Source of the DNA: Hypanus sabinus
Taxonomy: Eukaryota
DNA length: 64,000 bases
Direction: 5' to 3'
Assembly (NCBI RefSeq): GCF_030144855.1
Contig: NC_082707.1
Location: 33,542,001 to 33,606,000, forward strand
Made by a program: the position numbers and the translations under genes. How positions within the stretch are numbered: the stretch's first letter is position 1; each line of letters begins with the position of its first letter. Shown piece by piece: positions 1 through 12,030 of the stretch. The notes below the pieces were generated by a model, which saw only the letters and a program-made list of their open reading frames with translations, ran no database searches and was not told where the DNA came from.

Positions 1-332
1 ATTAGACGCAATTGATTTTATATATCATGTTGTCCTTTATATTTTAGGTAGTTTTGTTTGCCTTAATTTATGGGATGACATGGTTCATGAGAACACAAAA
101 AAGTGGGGCAAACTTTAAACAGTACATTAACCAAAAATATCCAGATTTGACACTGGAACCTATAGTATAAAACATTAATCATTGTCAGGATAGAAAGCTA
201 ATAAACTTAATTCTACAGTTTGGTTACACGCCAGTGTTGCCACCCAACTTAACTACAAAGTACAAGGTATCTCTAAGTCCAACGTACAAGTTTTCAAACA
301 CTAGACACAGCAGTAATGCCAAATGGATCAAG

Positions 333-1018
333 TCAAGTCAAGTTGCTTTTTATTGTTATTTCGACCATACTTGCTGGTACAGTACGCAGTAAAAATGAGA
401 TAACGTTTTTCAGGACCATGGTGCTATACGAACAATACAAAAACTATACTGAACTACATAAACCAACAAAAAACTACACTAGACTACAGACCTACCCTGC
501 ATAAAGTACACAGAACAGAACATTACAATAAATAATAAACAAGACAATAGGCACAGCAGAGGTCAGTAGTTTGGTAGTCCGATGGCTTGGGGGAATATCT
601 GTTACATAAATAATCAGCTGAATGGTGGCATCCAGGATTCCGTCCATTTCTGTACTCCCGCCGAGTATTTCGTTGCCACAGATGTAGTCAATTTAATGTC
701 CATTTGAGAGCAGAATGGACTGGAGGGCCAGCCAGCTAGGGCTTGCTTTTTGCCTGGCACGAACTCCTGCCCACTCGCCTCGCTTCCACTTCCTCGCACG
801 CCACTTATGCTGTCCCCACCTCCACCCCCCGGCATGAGGTGACTCTGAGGACTGCAGGCCTGATTCCCTCAGCAGGGGTAACTTTAATGGGTACTCCAGA
901 CTCAGCATGCAGTAAACTCCGAAAGATGCCATTCTTGTTCATACGGATATCTTGTACTGCAGTGTGCATTGCCATCCTGACTGTTCTCCAGCTTGCTCTT
1001 GCTGAGCCTCAATAACTC
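333..1018 (-). mobile_element. Internally deleted Rex1/Babar-type LINE (5' end fused to 3' end)
   Basis: Minus-strand frame [33 protein letters not shown] matches the basic N-terminus preceding the APE domain of Rex/Babar ORFs. It joins at about 600-614 to the ORF C-terminal motif (rc of GGCTTGGGGGAA..CTGTT), the 3'UTR and a (CTTGA)n tail. Flanked by AATGGATCAAG (322-332) / AATGCATCAAG (1019-1029), 10/11 identical. Confidence 0.8.
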
Positions 1019-2399
1019 AATGCATCAAGAAGGGAATTAAACCAATCCATTGGGATTACCGACCAACTCTTAACTATGTTGTATGAGTAACCACACCTTA
1101 AGAAAAAATTAATTGGCTGTACAGCAACTTAAACCATCCTATGGTTATGAAAGGCAAAGTATAAATGCAAGAAATTTAGTTAGTCTTTTATTTATATAGA
1201 GATTATCTGTCGATGATAAAGAGTATTATGGCATTGTTTTTCTTCCAATTCAGGAATTCTTATTCGCAATACGACCACAAAACAATATTCATCCATCAAT
1301 ATATAAGAAATAGTTCTATCTACTAAAAATATACAGATATTTTCTGTACCCATCCATCAATATGAACTACAATCTCCAATCTCGTGGTTTTGATGAATTT
1401 AAAAATTATTTCTATATTACACCTCGAAGTTCCACTATAAACAAGGTATATATAGTGTTAGCAATTCATGAGTTTCCTAAGATGACATCTGCTGAATTCA
1501 ATAATGGAAATACGTACTTTAAGAAAAAAGAAACACGATGGTTACTGGTACCTTATAGAACAATGGAAAAGGTAATGTTAAAATGCAGTGAATGACTTAT
1601 GGCATCAGTGTCCTGATAACTGCAGGAAAAAAGTAGCAGATTTCCAGAGGTGTGGATATTGACCTCCTCTTGCTCCTCTCCTTAAAGTGCTCAGCATACA
1701 TTTTCACTTCACTTGTTTTGCTGTGAACTTAAAGCACTATTGTTAACTACTAAAACAAAAGATAAATTCTTGTGGTTAGACAGCCTATGAAGGAAGACAG
1801 AAGGAATTTACTGATTGAGCTGTTAAACTGCTCCATCTTTCCATAAGCAATGGATGTACTGTGGACTATCTCATCTAGAAATAGACTAGCTCCATCTTAA
1901 GTGGAAAAGTCATATTATGAAGCTGCCAAATTGATTTCCAATACCTCACCCAAACCTCCACTGTTCATAAGTGATCCTGAGCAGTGAGTGTTAGCAGTTA
2001 GTCAATTATGTTTGGCATCACAGCTAAGCTAACTTATGTTTTCATTTATATGGGAAAATTATACAAGCAGAAGGTCACCACATAGCAACAAGAACATTTG
2101 TACTAGCTGATCAATGCTTTTCTCAACTTCTGTTGATTTGATGTAATGCCATAATTAGAAAATGAAGAGAAACAATTAATGCTTTATAATTGCATGGCAT
2201 TAATCAGCACTGGTTTGATTAAACTTAGGGTTAAAAATCACAGTGGACAGGGGCACAATATTGTTGAAAGCTTTTTATATTTTGCCTGGTTTGCCTTCAG
2301 AGTCTTTTCAACATTGCAACATTTTGAAATGTCCTAATGTCCTAACGCAAGTGTTTTGTTTCCTTAATGGAAGAGAATGTTGGACGGTACTTATAATAA

Positions 2400-4095
2400 A
2401 GCCACAGAAGCATTCATGGAAATCGACCATTTGGCCCAACATGTCCATGCTGACCAGTGGCCTCCCAATACTGTATTTGGCTTCAGCAATTCAAGTGCTC
2501 ATCCAGCAACTTCTTAAATGATGTGAGTCATCCACCTTCACCCACCCTCAAAGACAGCTCATTCCAGGTACTCACCACACTTCAGTTGGAAAGCTCCCTT
2601 CATGTCCCAACAGAATCTCTGTCTCGCTCTTCTCATGTTATCTATCTTGAATATGGAGTCAAGGTTCCCTACTGTACACCCTATCTATACCCTTCATAAT
2701 TTTATAGTCCTCAATCATGGCCCTTCTTGACAGTCACTGCTCCAGGGAGAACAGACTTTGTTTCTCCAGTCAATAGACAATAGGCAATAGGTGCAGGAGT
2801 AGGCCATTTGGCCCTTCGAGCCAGCACCGCCATTCAATGTGATCATGGCTGATCATCCACAGTCAGTACCCCATTCCTGCCTTCTCCCCATATCCCTTGA
2901 CTCTGCTATCTTTAAGAGCTCTATCTAACTCTTTCTTGAAAGCATCCAGAGAATTGGCCTCCACTGCCTTCTGAGGCAGAGCATTCATAGATCCACAACT
3001 CTCTAGGTGAAAAAGTTTTTCTTGAACTCTGTTCTAAATGGCCTACCACTTATTCTTAAACTGTGGCCTCTGGTTCTGGACTCCCCCAACATCAGGAACA
3101 TGCTTCCTGCCTCTAGCATGTCCAATCCCTTAATAATCTTATATGTTTCAATCAGATCCCCTCTCATCTTTCTAAATTCCAGTGTATACAAGCCCAGTCA
3201 CTCCAATCTTTCAACATATGACAGTCCTGCCATCCCAGGAATCACTCCTCAAATGTTCCATCCCAGGCAACGTTTCTGTAGTCTCTCCAGCACTATCTCT
3301 TTTTTCCTGTAGTGTGGCACATAGAGCCAATGCCCCAGGTGAGACCTAACCAAAGTTTTACAAAATTGAAAGATAATCTCCCTGCTTTTGTATTCAATGC
3401 CTCATTTAATGAAGGCTGGAATCCCAGTTGCTTTCTTAACCAGGTTATCTATTCATACTGCCGCCTTCAGGGATCTTTGTACTTATACTTCAAGGTCCTT
3501 CTGTTCATTTCTACTTCCCTAGATGCTACCATTCATGGTGTATATCCAGGCCTCAGCAGTACTCCCAAAATGTATCACCTCACTTTTATCTGGATGAATT
3601 CTATCAGTCATTTTAGCCCATTTCACCAACACATCAAGAACACTCTGTAGCCTAAGACTATACTCCACATCATCCATGGCTCTGCCAACCTTCATATCAT
3701 CTGCAAATTTATTGATTATGGCTTTTACATCCACTTTCAAATCAATTGTGTGATTTACAAACAGCAGAAGTCCTTGCATCAAAACCAATCACTAGTAAAA
3801 TCATCCAATCACTGAAACAACCCTCTAACGTTACCTTCTGTGTCCTATTGTGAGCCAATTTCGATTTAGTTGTTTTGAATCCCATGGGTTCTAACCTTTT
3901 GGACTTGTCAAAAGCCTTAGTGTGGTCCATGTAAACCATATTTTGGCTCCGCCACACTGTTTGTTACCTCTTCAAAATAAAATTCAGTCAGAACGGTCAG
4001 ACAGGATCTGCCCCTGACAAAGACATGCTGCCTGTCTCTGATTAGACGCTGTCATTCCAAGTGATCATTAATCCTGTCTCTCAGCATAATCCTGT
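2400..4095 (-). mobile_element. Old CR1-clade LINE 3' part (RT), interrupted by a younger CR1
   Basis: Minus-strand remnants VYMDHTKAFDK and INKFADDMKVG...LQSVLD..W...HFG; degenerate CR1 3' end near 2400-2460. Confidence 0.85.
2771..3243 (-). mobile_element. Younger CR1 (HER1-like) 3' fragment nested in older CR1
   Basis: ORF 3003-3191 YTLEFRKMRGDLIETYKII...SRTRGHSLRI; CR1 3' hairpin region and (TATTGTC)-like tail at 2771-2790. Confidence 0.9.
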
Positions 4096-4319
4096 CTGCC
4101 AGATAATAGCTGCCAGGTCCCTGGTGTCCATTACACTGCAGGCCAAGTCAATATCACCCTTGTTCTCTACCTCACCCAACATTAGACCACTCAGTGCTCC
4201 CTGTAGTTTCCCTGAGTGAGCCTAGATGCCCTGGTTTTAATTGCGTAATGAGACCTTTGTGCAAACTTTCATCTCATTCAGGGGATTAGACACTTTGATC
4301 TTCTCCTATGTGGTCCTAT

Positions 4320-4439
4320 ATTGCACAATTTATTTATTTTGTAATTTATAGCAATTTTATGTCTTTGCACTATACTGCCGCTGTGAAACAACAAATTTCA
4401 CATCATATAAGACGATGATTACAAACCTGATTCTGATTA
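4320..4439 (+). mobile_element. Rex1/Babar 3'UTR fragment
   Basis: ...ACAACAAATTTCAC...AAACCTGATTCTGATT tail, shared with the copies ending near 23468, 49177 and 53481. Confidence 0.7.
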
Positions 4440-4476
4440 TTCAAGGGGTGGGACAAACAATGGAATTTTTCAGCCA

Positions 4477-5257
4477 ACACACACAAAATTTTGGAGGAAC
4501 TCGCAGAGTAGGCAGCATCTATGGAAAAAAGGTACAGTCAACATTTTAGGCCAAAACTCTTTAGCCAAACTGGAGAAAAAAGGCTGAGGAATAGATTTGA
4601 AAGGTGGAGAGAGGGGAAAGAGAAACACCAGGTGATAGGTGAAACTTGGAGGGGGAGGGATGAAGCAAAGAGCCAGGAAGTTGACAGGTGAAAGAGACAG
4701 AAGGCCATGGAAGAAAGAAGAAAAGGGGGGAGGAGCACCAGAGGGAGGCGATGGGTGGGCAAGGATATAACGAGAGAGGGAAAGGGGATGGGAAACAGTG
4801 AAGGGGGTGGGTGGAGGTATTACTAGAAGTTTGAGAAATCGATGTTGATGCCATCAGATTGGAGGCTACCCAAACAGAATATAAGGTGTTTTTCCTGCAA
4901 CACAGGTATGGCCTTATCCTGACAGTGGAGGGGTAATCTCCTCTCCCTCTGATGCCCCCCATCCCTTTTCTTCTTTCTTCCATGGCCTTCTGTCTCTTTC
5001 ACCTATCAACTTCTTAGTTCTTTGCTTCATCCCTCCCCGTCTAAGTTTTACCCATCACCTGGCGTTTTTCTCTCTCTCCTCCCAGATCCACCTTTCAAAT
5101 CTACCCCTCAACTTTTTTCTCCAGTCCTGCTGAAGCGTTTCGACCCGAAAAGTAAACTGTACTTTTATCCACAGATGCTGCCTGGCCTGCTGAGTTCCTC
5201 CAGCATTAAGCGTGTGTTGCTTTGATTTCCAGCATCTACAGATGTTCTCTTGTTTGT
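4477..5257. mobile_element. Penelope-like element (PLE) 3'/pLTR in inverted (fold-back) arrangement
   Basis: 4477-about 4933 is the minus copy, including the end of the GIY-YIG coding region; about 4937-5257 is the same pLTR on plus. Exact 14-bp TSD GAATTTTTCAGCCA at 4463-4476 and 5258-5271. Confidence 0.9.
5122..5159 (+). ncRNA. Degenerate minimal type I hammerhead ribozyme motif in PLE pLTR
   Basis: CAGTC-CTGCTGA-AGCGTTTCGACCC-GAAA-AGTA-AACTG; the CUGANGA core is mutated to CUGCUGA, so it is probably inactive. Confidence 0.6.
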
Positions 5258-5291
5258 GAATTTTTCAGCCACTCTAACTTATGTGACAAAT

Positions 5292-5484
5292 TTGCCAGAG
5301 TGTGGTTGAGGCAGGTACACTAATAACATATGCAAAGTACTCAGACAGGTCCATGGATAGGAAAGGCCTTGAGAGATATGGGCCAAATATAAGCAAATGA
5401 GACCAGCATAGATGGGAATCTTGATCATCATGGATCAGTTGGGCCAAAGGGCCTGTTTTGCAGCTGACAAACTATGAAAACTCT
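5292..5484 (+). mobile_element. CR1 3' terminal fragment
   Basis: GTGGTTGAGGCAGGTAC...ATGGATAGGAAAGG...GTTGGGCCAAAGGGCCTGTT CR1 3' end. Confidence 0.8.
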
Positions 5485-8051
5485 TGCAGTTATAAGCAGA
5501 GTTTAAGAATAACAAGAGCTGTCAGATCATGGAAGCTTAACCCAAAAGGCTATGAACGCCCTTTACATTACACTCACTCTCCTCTGCCTTATCTCTGTAC
5601 CCAAGGGCATCCAGTCACTAATGTGTATTGCCATTTAATGAGGGAAAGTTGGTGGCAAAATAACTTAGTGGAAGTAGGCGAGGCAGTAAAAACACCAATT
5701 ATCCCTTAATTGTCAATAAACAATTAAGCTACATAAAAGCAGAGCTCCTATCCCTACTCCCCATATCAGACAATAAAAGTGCTGAGTGTCCACATGGCAC
5801 TGGACAAACAAGCCTGCAGGGAGCCTCTACAACAAGTCTTGTGTGTAAATAAACCTTTCACTCCTCAGTTCAAACAGATAACAAGACAGCTGGATAGAAC
5901 TATTGAAAGACAAGGGATGGTGGTGGATTTAAAATGCAAACACGAGGAAATCTGCAGATGTGGGTGGTGGATTGAAAGTTTGTTTTGTGTACTGTTAATT
6001 GCATTGCTAGATTAAACAATATATTGATCCCATGCAATCCTCCATATGTTGGTCAATTGCATAGTGTTAGTGCGAGGGTCATAAACTTTAACAGAAAAAA
6101 TTGCTCACAATTAAATTCTGAATTTAGCTAGTGTTCCTAGGAGTAGTCAATTCAAGCAGAGGAACCAGATTCTCTACATTTAAATAAATAGAGAATTAGA
6201 TCTATCAATCCTATTTAGCTCTGGAATACTCCAGGAATGATTCAGTAAGTGACGGCTTTGCAATTTGGAGTTCTTTTTTTGTGTGTGACAAAAAGGGAAA
6301 AAATAAATAACACGAGTGAAGGACTTTGCAATGTTAAATGACTAACACGGTAGAGAGAACCAACGGAAATTTCCTTTGAATTGCCTAATGTTTCATGAAA
6401 AGAAATAGAAAATAAACCTTTAAATTAATGAACAGATAGAATCCAGTCCTTGTATTCCAATAATACAGATGATGAGTGAACATCCATCAGGATATGTCCA
6501 TTTATTTTTGACAGAAAGCTAACCTCTGCACACTTATTAAACTCTATGAGACAAATGATAATGTGATATTGGGTTGCAAACAGAATGACCTGTCACCTAA
6601 AAACTGTTCCACAAATCATCAATCCTTTTTAAGCCACATGTGGATGATAAAAACCAGCCTTTCAGGAAGAGAATATGCCAGTCCTTTTACCTGAGATGAT
6701 GGGTTTCCCAAGCAGAAACAAAAAAAAAACACATTTTGAATTTACTTTCATCTAAACGAGAGAAGAACGGGGAAAAAAGGAAATTAGTATTTGAGAAACA
6801 AGACCTGCTTGTGAGGAATGGACATTTATACTACACCAGATGTGATGGGCAGACTTAGTTACAAAGATTTATCTTAGTTCTGACATAGTTTTACTCCTGA
6901 CAAAGTAAGACAGCTGCTTTTAGCAGGATTCTGTCTTTATCAGACTTTAATGCATGGGTTTTTAAATCTTGTGGCCTAGCTGGCAAAAATGTGAAAATAC
7001 AGTATATGATTTTGACTTTTACAGTATAATTATAAGGGAAACCAAAAGTTGCACAAGCCTTCATTATGCCCGTGCTCAGTAATGGTCTCCAATTAACATT
7101 AAACATTTAACTGCAAGATATTTAATGTTAGAATAAATGTCAGCTGTTGACTCTTGGAACCTGTTGTCTTCCCAAGTTCAAATTTCTTCTCTTTTCCCCA
7201 GTTCAGTTGTTTTCGTTTCCTCACCAACAAACTCCCCAATTTGAGAAGGCCCAGCTGCAGATAGAAATTTGACCTGAAGGAAATCATGGCCATAAATGTG
7301 CTTCCTTCATTCCTTGTTGCAGCATACTATTATTCACGTAGGTAATGCTGTTAGACTGCACAGGGAGATTCACTTACTCTGAGCTGAGCCCAAAAAGATG
7401 TAGTCCATTTTTTACTGTCTAGATCCTTGTTGGTGCATTAAGATGGCTCGAGAGCTTTCTTTAACTGGAACCTCTTCAAGCTTCATGGATTTTAGGCTTT
7501 AAAGACTAGACATCAGAACATCAATCTAAATTTCACCTTAAGGCTAAAAGAAAGCTAATGAAAGCTCAGCTACTTTAAAACTTCCTTGAATCACCAAAAA
7601 TAGGAAATGGTATCCAGGAGGAGGAGGAAGAATTAAGGTAGTTGTTCTTTCAGGATTTGATAATAAAATGATTAAACACAACATTATATTCTTATCTATA
7701 TGAAAGAGAAAATTAGCAAGAAGAATGGAAGGTGATATTTGCAGTATTAAACTGTTCCATTTTTGTATGTAAGTTCCTACTTTAATCATTTGTCCTACCT
7801 TTAAAAGCTTTGAATAACAATCCACCAGCCTTAGCTTTATTCCTATAATATTAAAGTTTTAATTTTTGTGCATGAGTGCATTCTTGAGTTAGCACCCAGG
7901 CCCAAAAGGACAGCTTGTCCCCTATTGGATCTGTGTCAGCATAAAATGTTAGAGGGTTGAAGATACCAGATTGGGGTGCATGATATATTAACAAAAGAAC
8001 TCCATTCTATTGTCTACTTCTCTATCTGTTACATTTGCTCCATTCGAATGC

Positions 8052-8975
8052 AGAACAAAACAGAACAAGAACAGGGCCTTCAGCTCACAAAGTTGTGCTG
8101 CTTCATCTAAGTTAGTTATTAAATCAGCAAACTAATTGAAACCCTTTGCTGACACAGTGCCCTTATCCTTCCAATTTCCTAGATTTATGTATCTATCTCA
8201 GAAACTTCAAAGTTTCTAATATACCTGCATCTACTACCGTACCGGGCAGCATATTACAGGCAATCACCAATCTCTGTGTAACAAAGCACTTGCCTCTCAC
8301 ATCTCCTTTAGAATTACCCCCTCTCACCTTAAATGCATACATTCTGGAACTAGACATTTCAACTCTGAGAAAAAGATACTGTCTGCCTACTCTACCTGTA
8401 CCTCTCACACTCTTAAAAACCTCTATCAGATCTCCCCTCAGCCTCCGCCACTTCAGAGAAAACAACCCGTTTGTCCAATCTCTAGTTATAGCACATGGCT
8501 CATCACCCAGACAGCATCCTGGTAATCCTCTTCTGCACCCTCCCAAAGCCTTGCCATCCTTTCTATAATGGGGCGACCAGACCTGGATGTAATACTCCAG
8601 ATGCAGTCTAACCAGAGTTTTATAAAGCTGCAATTCAACTTCCTAAATTTTGAATTCAATCCTTCAATTAATAAGGACAAACATACCATATGCCTTCTTA
8701 AGTACCCTGCCAATCTGTGCAGCCACTTTTAAGAAGCTATGAACTTAGACCTCAAGATCACACTGCTCATAATCTTGCCCTTAACAGCATACTTTCTTAT
8801 TACATTTGACCAAGCAAAGCACAAAATTTCACACTTGCCTGGGTTAAGCTCCATCTGCCATTTCTCTACCCACATCTGCAACTGATCTATATGCCTCCAC
8901 ATTCTTTGCCGGTCTTTTACGCTATCCACAACGCCACCAACCTTCGTATCATCTGCAAATTTACTAGCCCACCCA
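8052..8975 (-). mobile_element. CR1 (HER1-like) LINE 3' part, RT C-terminus
   Basis: ORFs 8193-8633 (LYKTLVRLHLEYYIQVWSPHYRKD...RLRGDLIEVFK) and 8729-8929 (WVEKWQMELNPGKC). Confidence 0.92.
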
Positions 8976-9020
8976 AGTACACTAACAATCTCTTACTTTG
9001 CCATTCTTGCCCTTCCTTCT

Positions 9021-9755
9021 CACAAACAAGAGAAAACCAAATGCAAGCAATACACACAAAATGCTGGAGGAACTCAGTAGGTCAGGCAGCACCTGGGAAA
9101 GAGTAAACAATCTCAACATTTTGCCCAAGACTCTTCTTCAGGACTGGAATGGTGGGGGGAGGGAAAGAAGAAGTACAGGGTGGCAGGTGATAGGTGAAAC
9201 CAGGAGGGGAGGAGGGGGTGAAGTAAAGATCCAGAAAGTTGATTGATGAAAGAGATAAAGGGCTAGAGAAAAGGGGGAATCTGATAGGAGAGGATAGAAG
9301 ACCATGGAAGAAAGGGAAGGGGGAGGAGTACAAGAGGGAGGTGATGACAAGGCGATAAGGTGACAGAGGGAAACAGGAATGGGAAACGTTGAAGGAGAAG
9401 GAGAAGTGGGGGGGGGAGGGGGTTGGAGGAGTTGGCAATTACCAGAAGTTCAAGAAATCGAAGTTCATGCCATCAGGTTGGAGGCTACTCAGACAGAATA
9501 CAAGTTGTTGCTCCTCCAACCTCAGTGTGACCTCATCGTGGCAGGGGAGAAGGCCATGGACTGACATGTCGGTATGGGGATGGGAAATAGTATTGGAATG
9601 GGTGGCCACCAGGAGATCCTGCTTTATGTGGCAGGCAGAGTGAAGGTGTTCAGAGAAGTGGTCTCCCAATCTGGGAGATCCTGGACCTGAAATTCTATCA
9701 GCTTATTTTTCCACAGAAGCTCCTAACCAACTATGTGCTTCCGGTAGTTTGTGTC
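9021..9755 (-). mobile_element. Penelope-like element: GIY-YIG C-terminus + pLTR, with a short inverted pLTR remnant
   Basis: ORF 9439-9669 GDHFSEHLHS...VATHSN...LRLEEQQLVFCLSSLQPDGMN; decayed hammerhead at about 9105-9146; plus-strand pLTR remnant about 9680-9755. Confidence 0.88.
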
Positions 9756-9915
9756 ACCCCAATGCGTCAGCTCTACCTTCAGTTACAGCTGATTTATTTT
9801 CTCCCTGAACCCATTCTCCTGCCTTCTCCCTGAAACCTTTAATGCCCTTGTTAATCAATAACCTGTCAACACCTTCTTTAAATATACCCAATAACTTGAC
9901 CTTCACAGCTGTCAT
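9756..9915 (-). mobile_element. CR1 3' terminal fragment
   Basis: Frame LLGIFKEGVDRLLINKGIKGFREKAGEW. Confidence 0.8.
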
Positions 9916-9961
9916 AGAGAAATGCAATGCAGAAACAGAGTCTCCACTGATCATGACCATT

Positions 9962-10228
9962 TACACTTATCTCACCCAAATCCTATTTTTATTCTCTCCA
10001 CATTCTCATTAACTCCTTGCTCAATCTCCCCACTTGGCCTTCACCTATACAGCTGGACCACTTTACTGAGACTAGCTATTCCACCAATCTGGTCATGGTT
10101 GGGACGTGGAAGGAAACTGGAGGAAACCTATACAAGAACATGGAAGCTTGCATAGACGGCACCCGAGGTCAAGACCGAGCCCAGGTTTTTCCATTGTGAA
10201 CCAGTGCCTCTAGTGATCGCTCCACTCC
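9962..10228 (-). mobile_element. tRNA-derived V-SINE/HE1-like SINE (decayed)
   Basis: GGAAGGAAACTGGAGGAAACC...GAACATGGAAGCTTGCATAGAC...GAGGTCAAGACCGAGCCCAGG, the reverse complement of the V-domain and B-box region. Confidence 0.7.
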
Positions 10229-10442
10229 CCATAAAGGGAATCACTACAAACTGTAGTGGTACAGCTGACCGGGCTAGTCAATTGTTCAGTGCATGCAATC
10301 AAAATATCATTTGATGTGTATATGTTAAATAAGATAATATTATTCAGATTGTAAGATAGTTATACAACTTCTTTTGTGCTACGCAACCGTAGCTATGGAA
10401 CAAGACAAAGACATTCAATAAGAATAAAATGATATACCTACT

Positions 10443-10815
10443 GAATGGCAGGGTGGAATTACGATTCTGCTATAGGAGGTGTAAGGCCCTTCTTCCCTCT
10501 GCTACCCTGCTGGACCCCTTGGGCAATATGCAATGCCTGCTTAGCCCCTCGATCCAGGTCATGTGAAGCCATGGGAGCAGGTGGTGGATGCTTGTATGAG
10601 CAGCTGGTACATATCACAAGTCCTGGTTATGCGACCACTGATGCCAGGTAGACAACCTCTGAAAAGTATTGATAGTAGCTGGGGTCACCTGTCTTGTAAA
10701 GACACAGCCCTGAAGAAGGCAATGGCAAACCACTTCCATAGAAAATTTTGCCAAAAACTATCATGGTCATGGAAAGACCATAATTGCCCATGTCACATGA
10801 CACAGCACATAATGG
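10443..10815 (+). mobile_element. Short non-autonomous RTE/BovB-related retroposon
   Basis: Contains GAAGAAGGCAATGGCAAACCACTTC...TTTGCCAAAAAC (BovA/Sauria-SINE-like RTE motif). Flanked by ATGATATACCTACT (10429-10442) / ATGGTATACATACT (10816-10829), 12/14 identical. Confidence 0.7.
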
Positions 10816-11049
10816 ATGGTATACATACTTCATCAAGGTCAAGATTGAGTGATATGGTCAATTAACAATGCTTTAAATACATTTCTTCCTTGTGGTTGTA
10901 CTCAACTTTGAAATAACAGCTTCATATTGTCACTGTGTATTTGTAATTGACACGATATATAAATTAAGAATATATGTAAGAACAGTGCCATGAATACAGG
11001 ATTTTTCCTGTCTTCAGGTGCTAACTTTGTAAGTTCCTCTTTTTACTTT

Positions 11050-11165
11050 GAGGGATTTTCTCTGGGTGCTGCAGTTCCCTTCCACACCTAGATCACATGG
11101 ATTTCCCCCAGTGAAAGTGGTTGAATTTGGGGGGAAGTGAATGGAAATCTGGGGAGAATAGAAAA
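11050..11165 (+). mobile_element. V-SINE fragment
   Basis: TTTCTCTGGGTGCTGCAGTTCCCTTCCACACC V-domain core. Confidence 0.65.
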
Positions 11166-11291
11166 CCGGAGAGCAGCAGAAATCAGAGGAGGAGCAGTGA
11201 GGGAAAATAGATCTCAGTGAACTCCCATTTTAGAGAAGATTCATTCTTCTGGGTTAGCATGTCTTGATGAGACTGTGCAGTGGAGCAGTAA

Positions 11292-11430
11292 GTCAGAAAA
11301 CACAAGAGATCCCACAGGTGTTGGATATCTTCAACAACACACACAAAGTGTTGGAGGAACTCTACAATTCAGGTATCATTCATGGAGGGTCAACTTTTCG
11401 GGCCAAGATTCTACATCAGGATTGGAAAAA
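11292..11430 (-). mobile_element. PLE pLTR fragment
   Basis: CAACACACACAAAGTGTTGGAGGAACTC...TTTTCGGGCCAAGATTCTACATCAGGA (decayed hammerhead on minus). Confidence 0.75.
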
Positions 11431-12030
11431 GCTGATTTGCTGTTTCACTGTGAGGTCCCTTCAAGGTACATATGCCTAACCTGCAGTAGCTAACTATTGT
11501 GTTCTGATCAATGCCTCCAGTCAATCTCTAATTTAGTGGGAGCACTCTTACCTTTGAATGAGGAGTTCCAATTCAGGCAACTCTCCTGAATAGGGTCTAC
11601 ACAGCTAGGAATTGTATACAGACAGAGCGACAGTTCCAGTATGTCTCCTTCTCAAGATTGAAAAGTTAATTTTGGGCTCCATTTCAAGAAGCCCAAGCAA
11701 GTGAAAAACCAGAGCTCTCACTCCAGTTGCCATTACTTCCAGTACCTCTTTCTGTAACCCATCCAGTGCACACAAAGCAGTTTAGTCTTGGTGGCATCAC
11801 AACTAAGAAAAAGAATTTTAAAGTTAACAATCATCAGGAATACAAACGCAACCCTGGATAGTTGCTTGAGCATTTTCTGAGTGGTACACTGGTTACTATC
11901 ATCCCTAGAGTGATACATAACTGATAGATTGACTATGTGCTTAAATTTGGATGAAATTGCTTTTCATATGCAATTAACAAGAACGTTACTTATTCTGCAT
12001 CATTAACTGATGGAAACAAACACTTGTAAG

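Noticed and set aside
1-130. Possible Tc1 right end at the window start
   Set aside because: Only a vague resemblance (GGGGCAAACTTT..CAGTAC), no CACTG-TA terminus and no partner TIR visible.
1482-1571. 90-bp open AG..GTAATG-bounded segment (MTSAEFNNGNTYFKKKETRWLLVPYRTMEK) as a coding exon
   Set aside because: Weak polypyrimidine tract, no recognisable protein and no partner exons.
7202-7341. Strong acceptor (TTTCTTCTCTTTTCCCCAG) and donor-like GTAATG
   Set aside because: Stops in all three frames; a non-coding exon cannot be supported without RNA data.
5500-8040. TE-poor unique block as a specific regulatory element
   Set aside because: Possibly constrained, but no distinctive motif syntax or structure could be pinned down from sequence alone.
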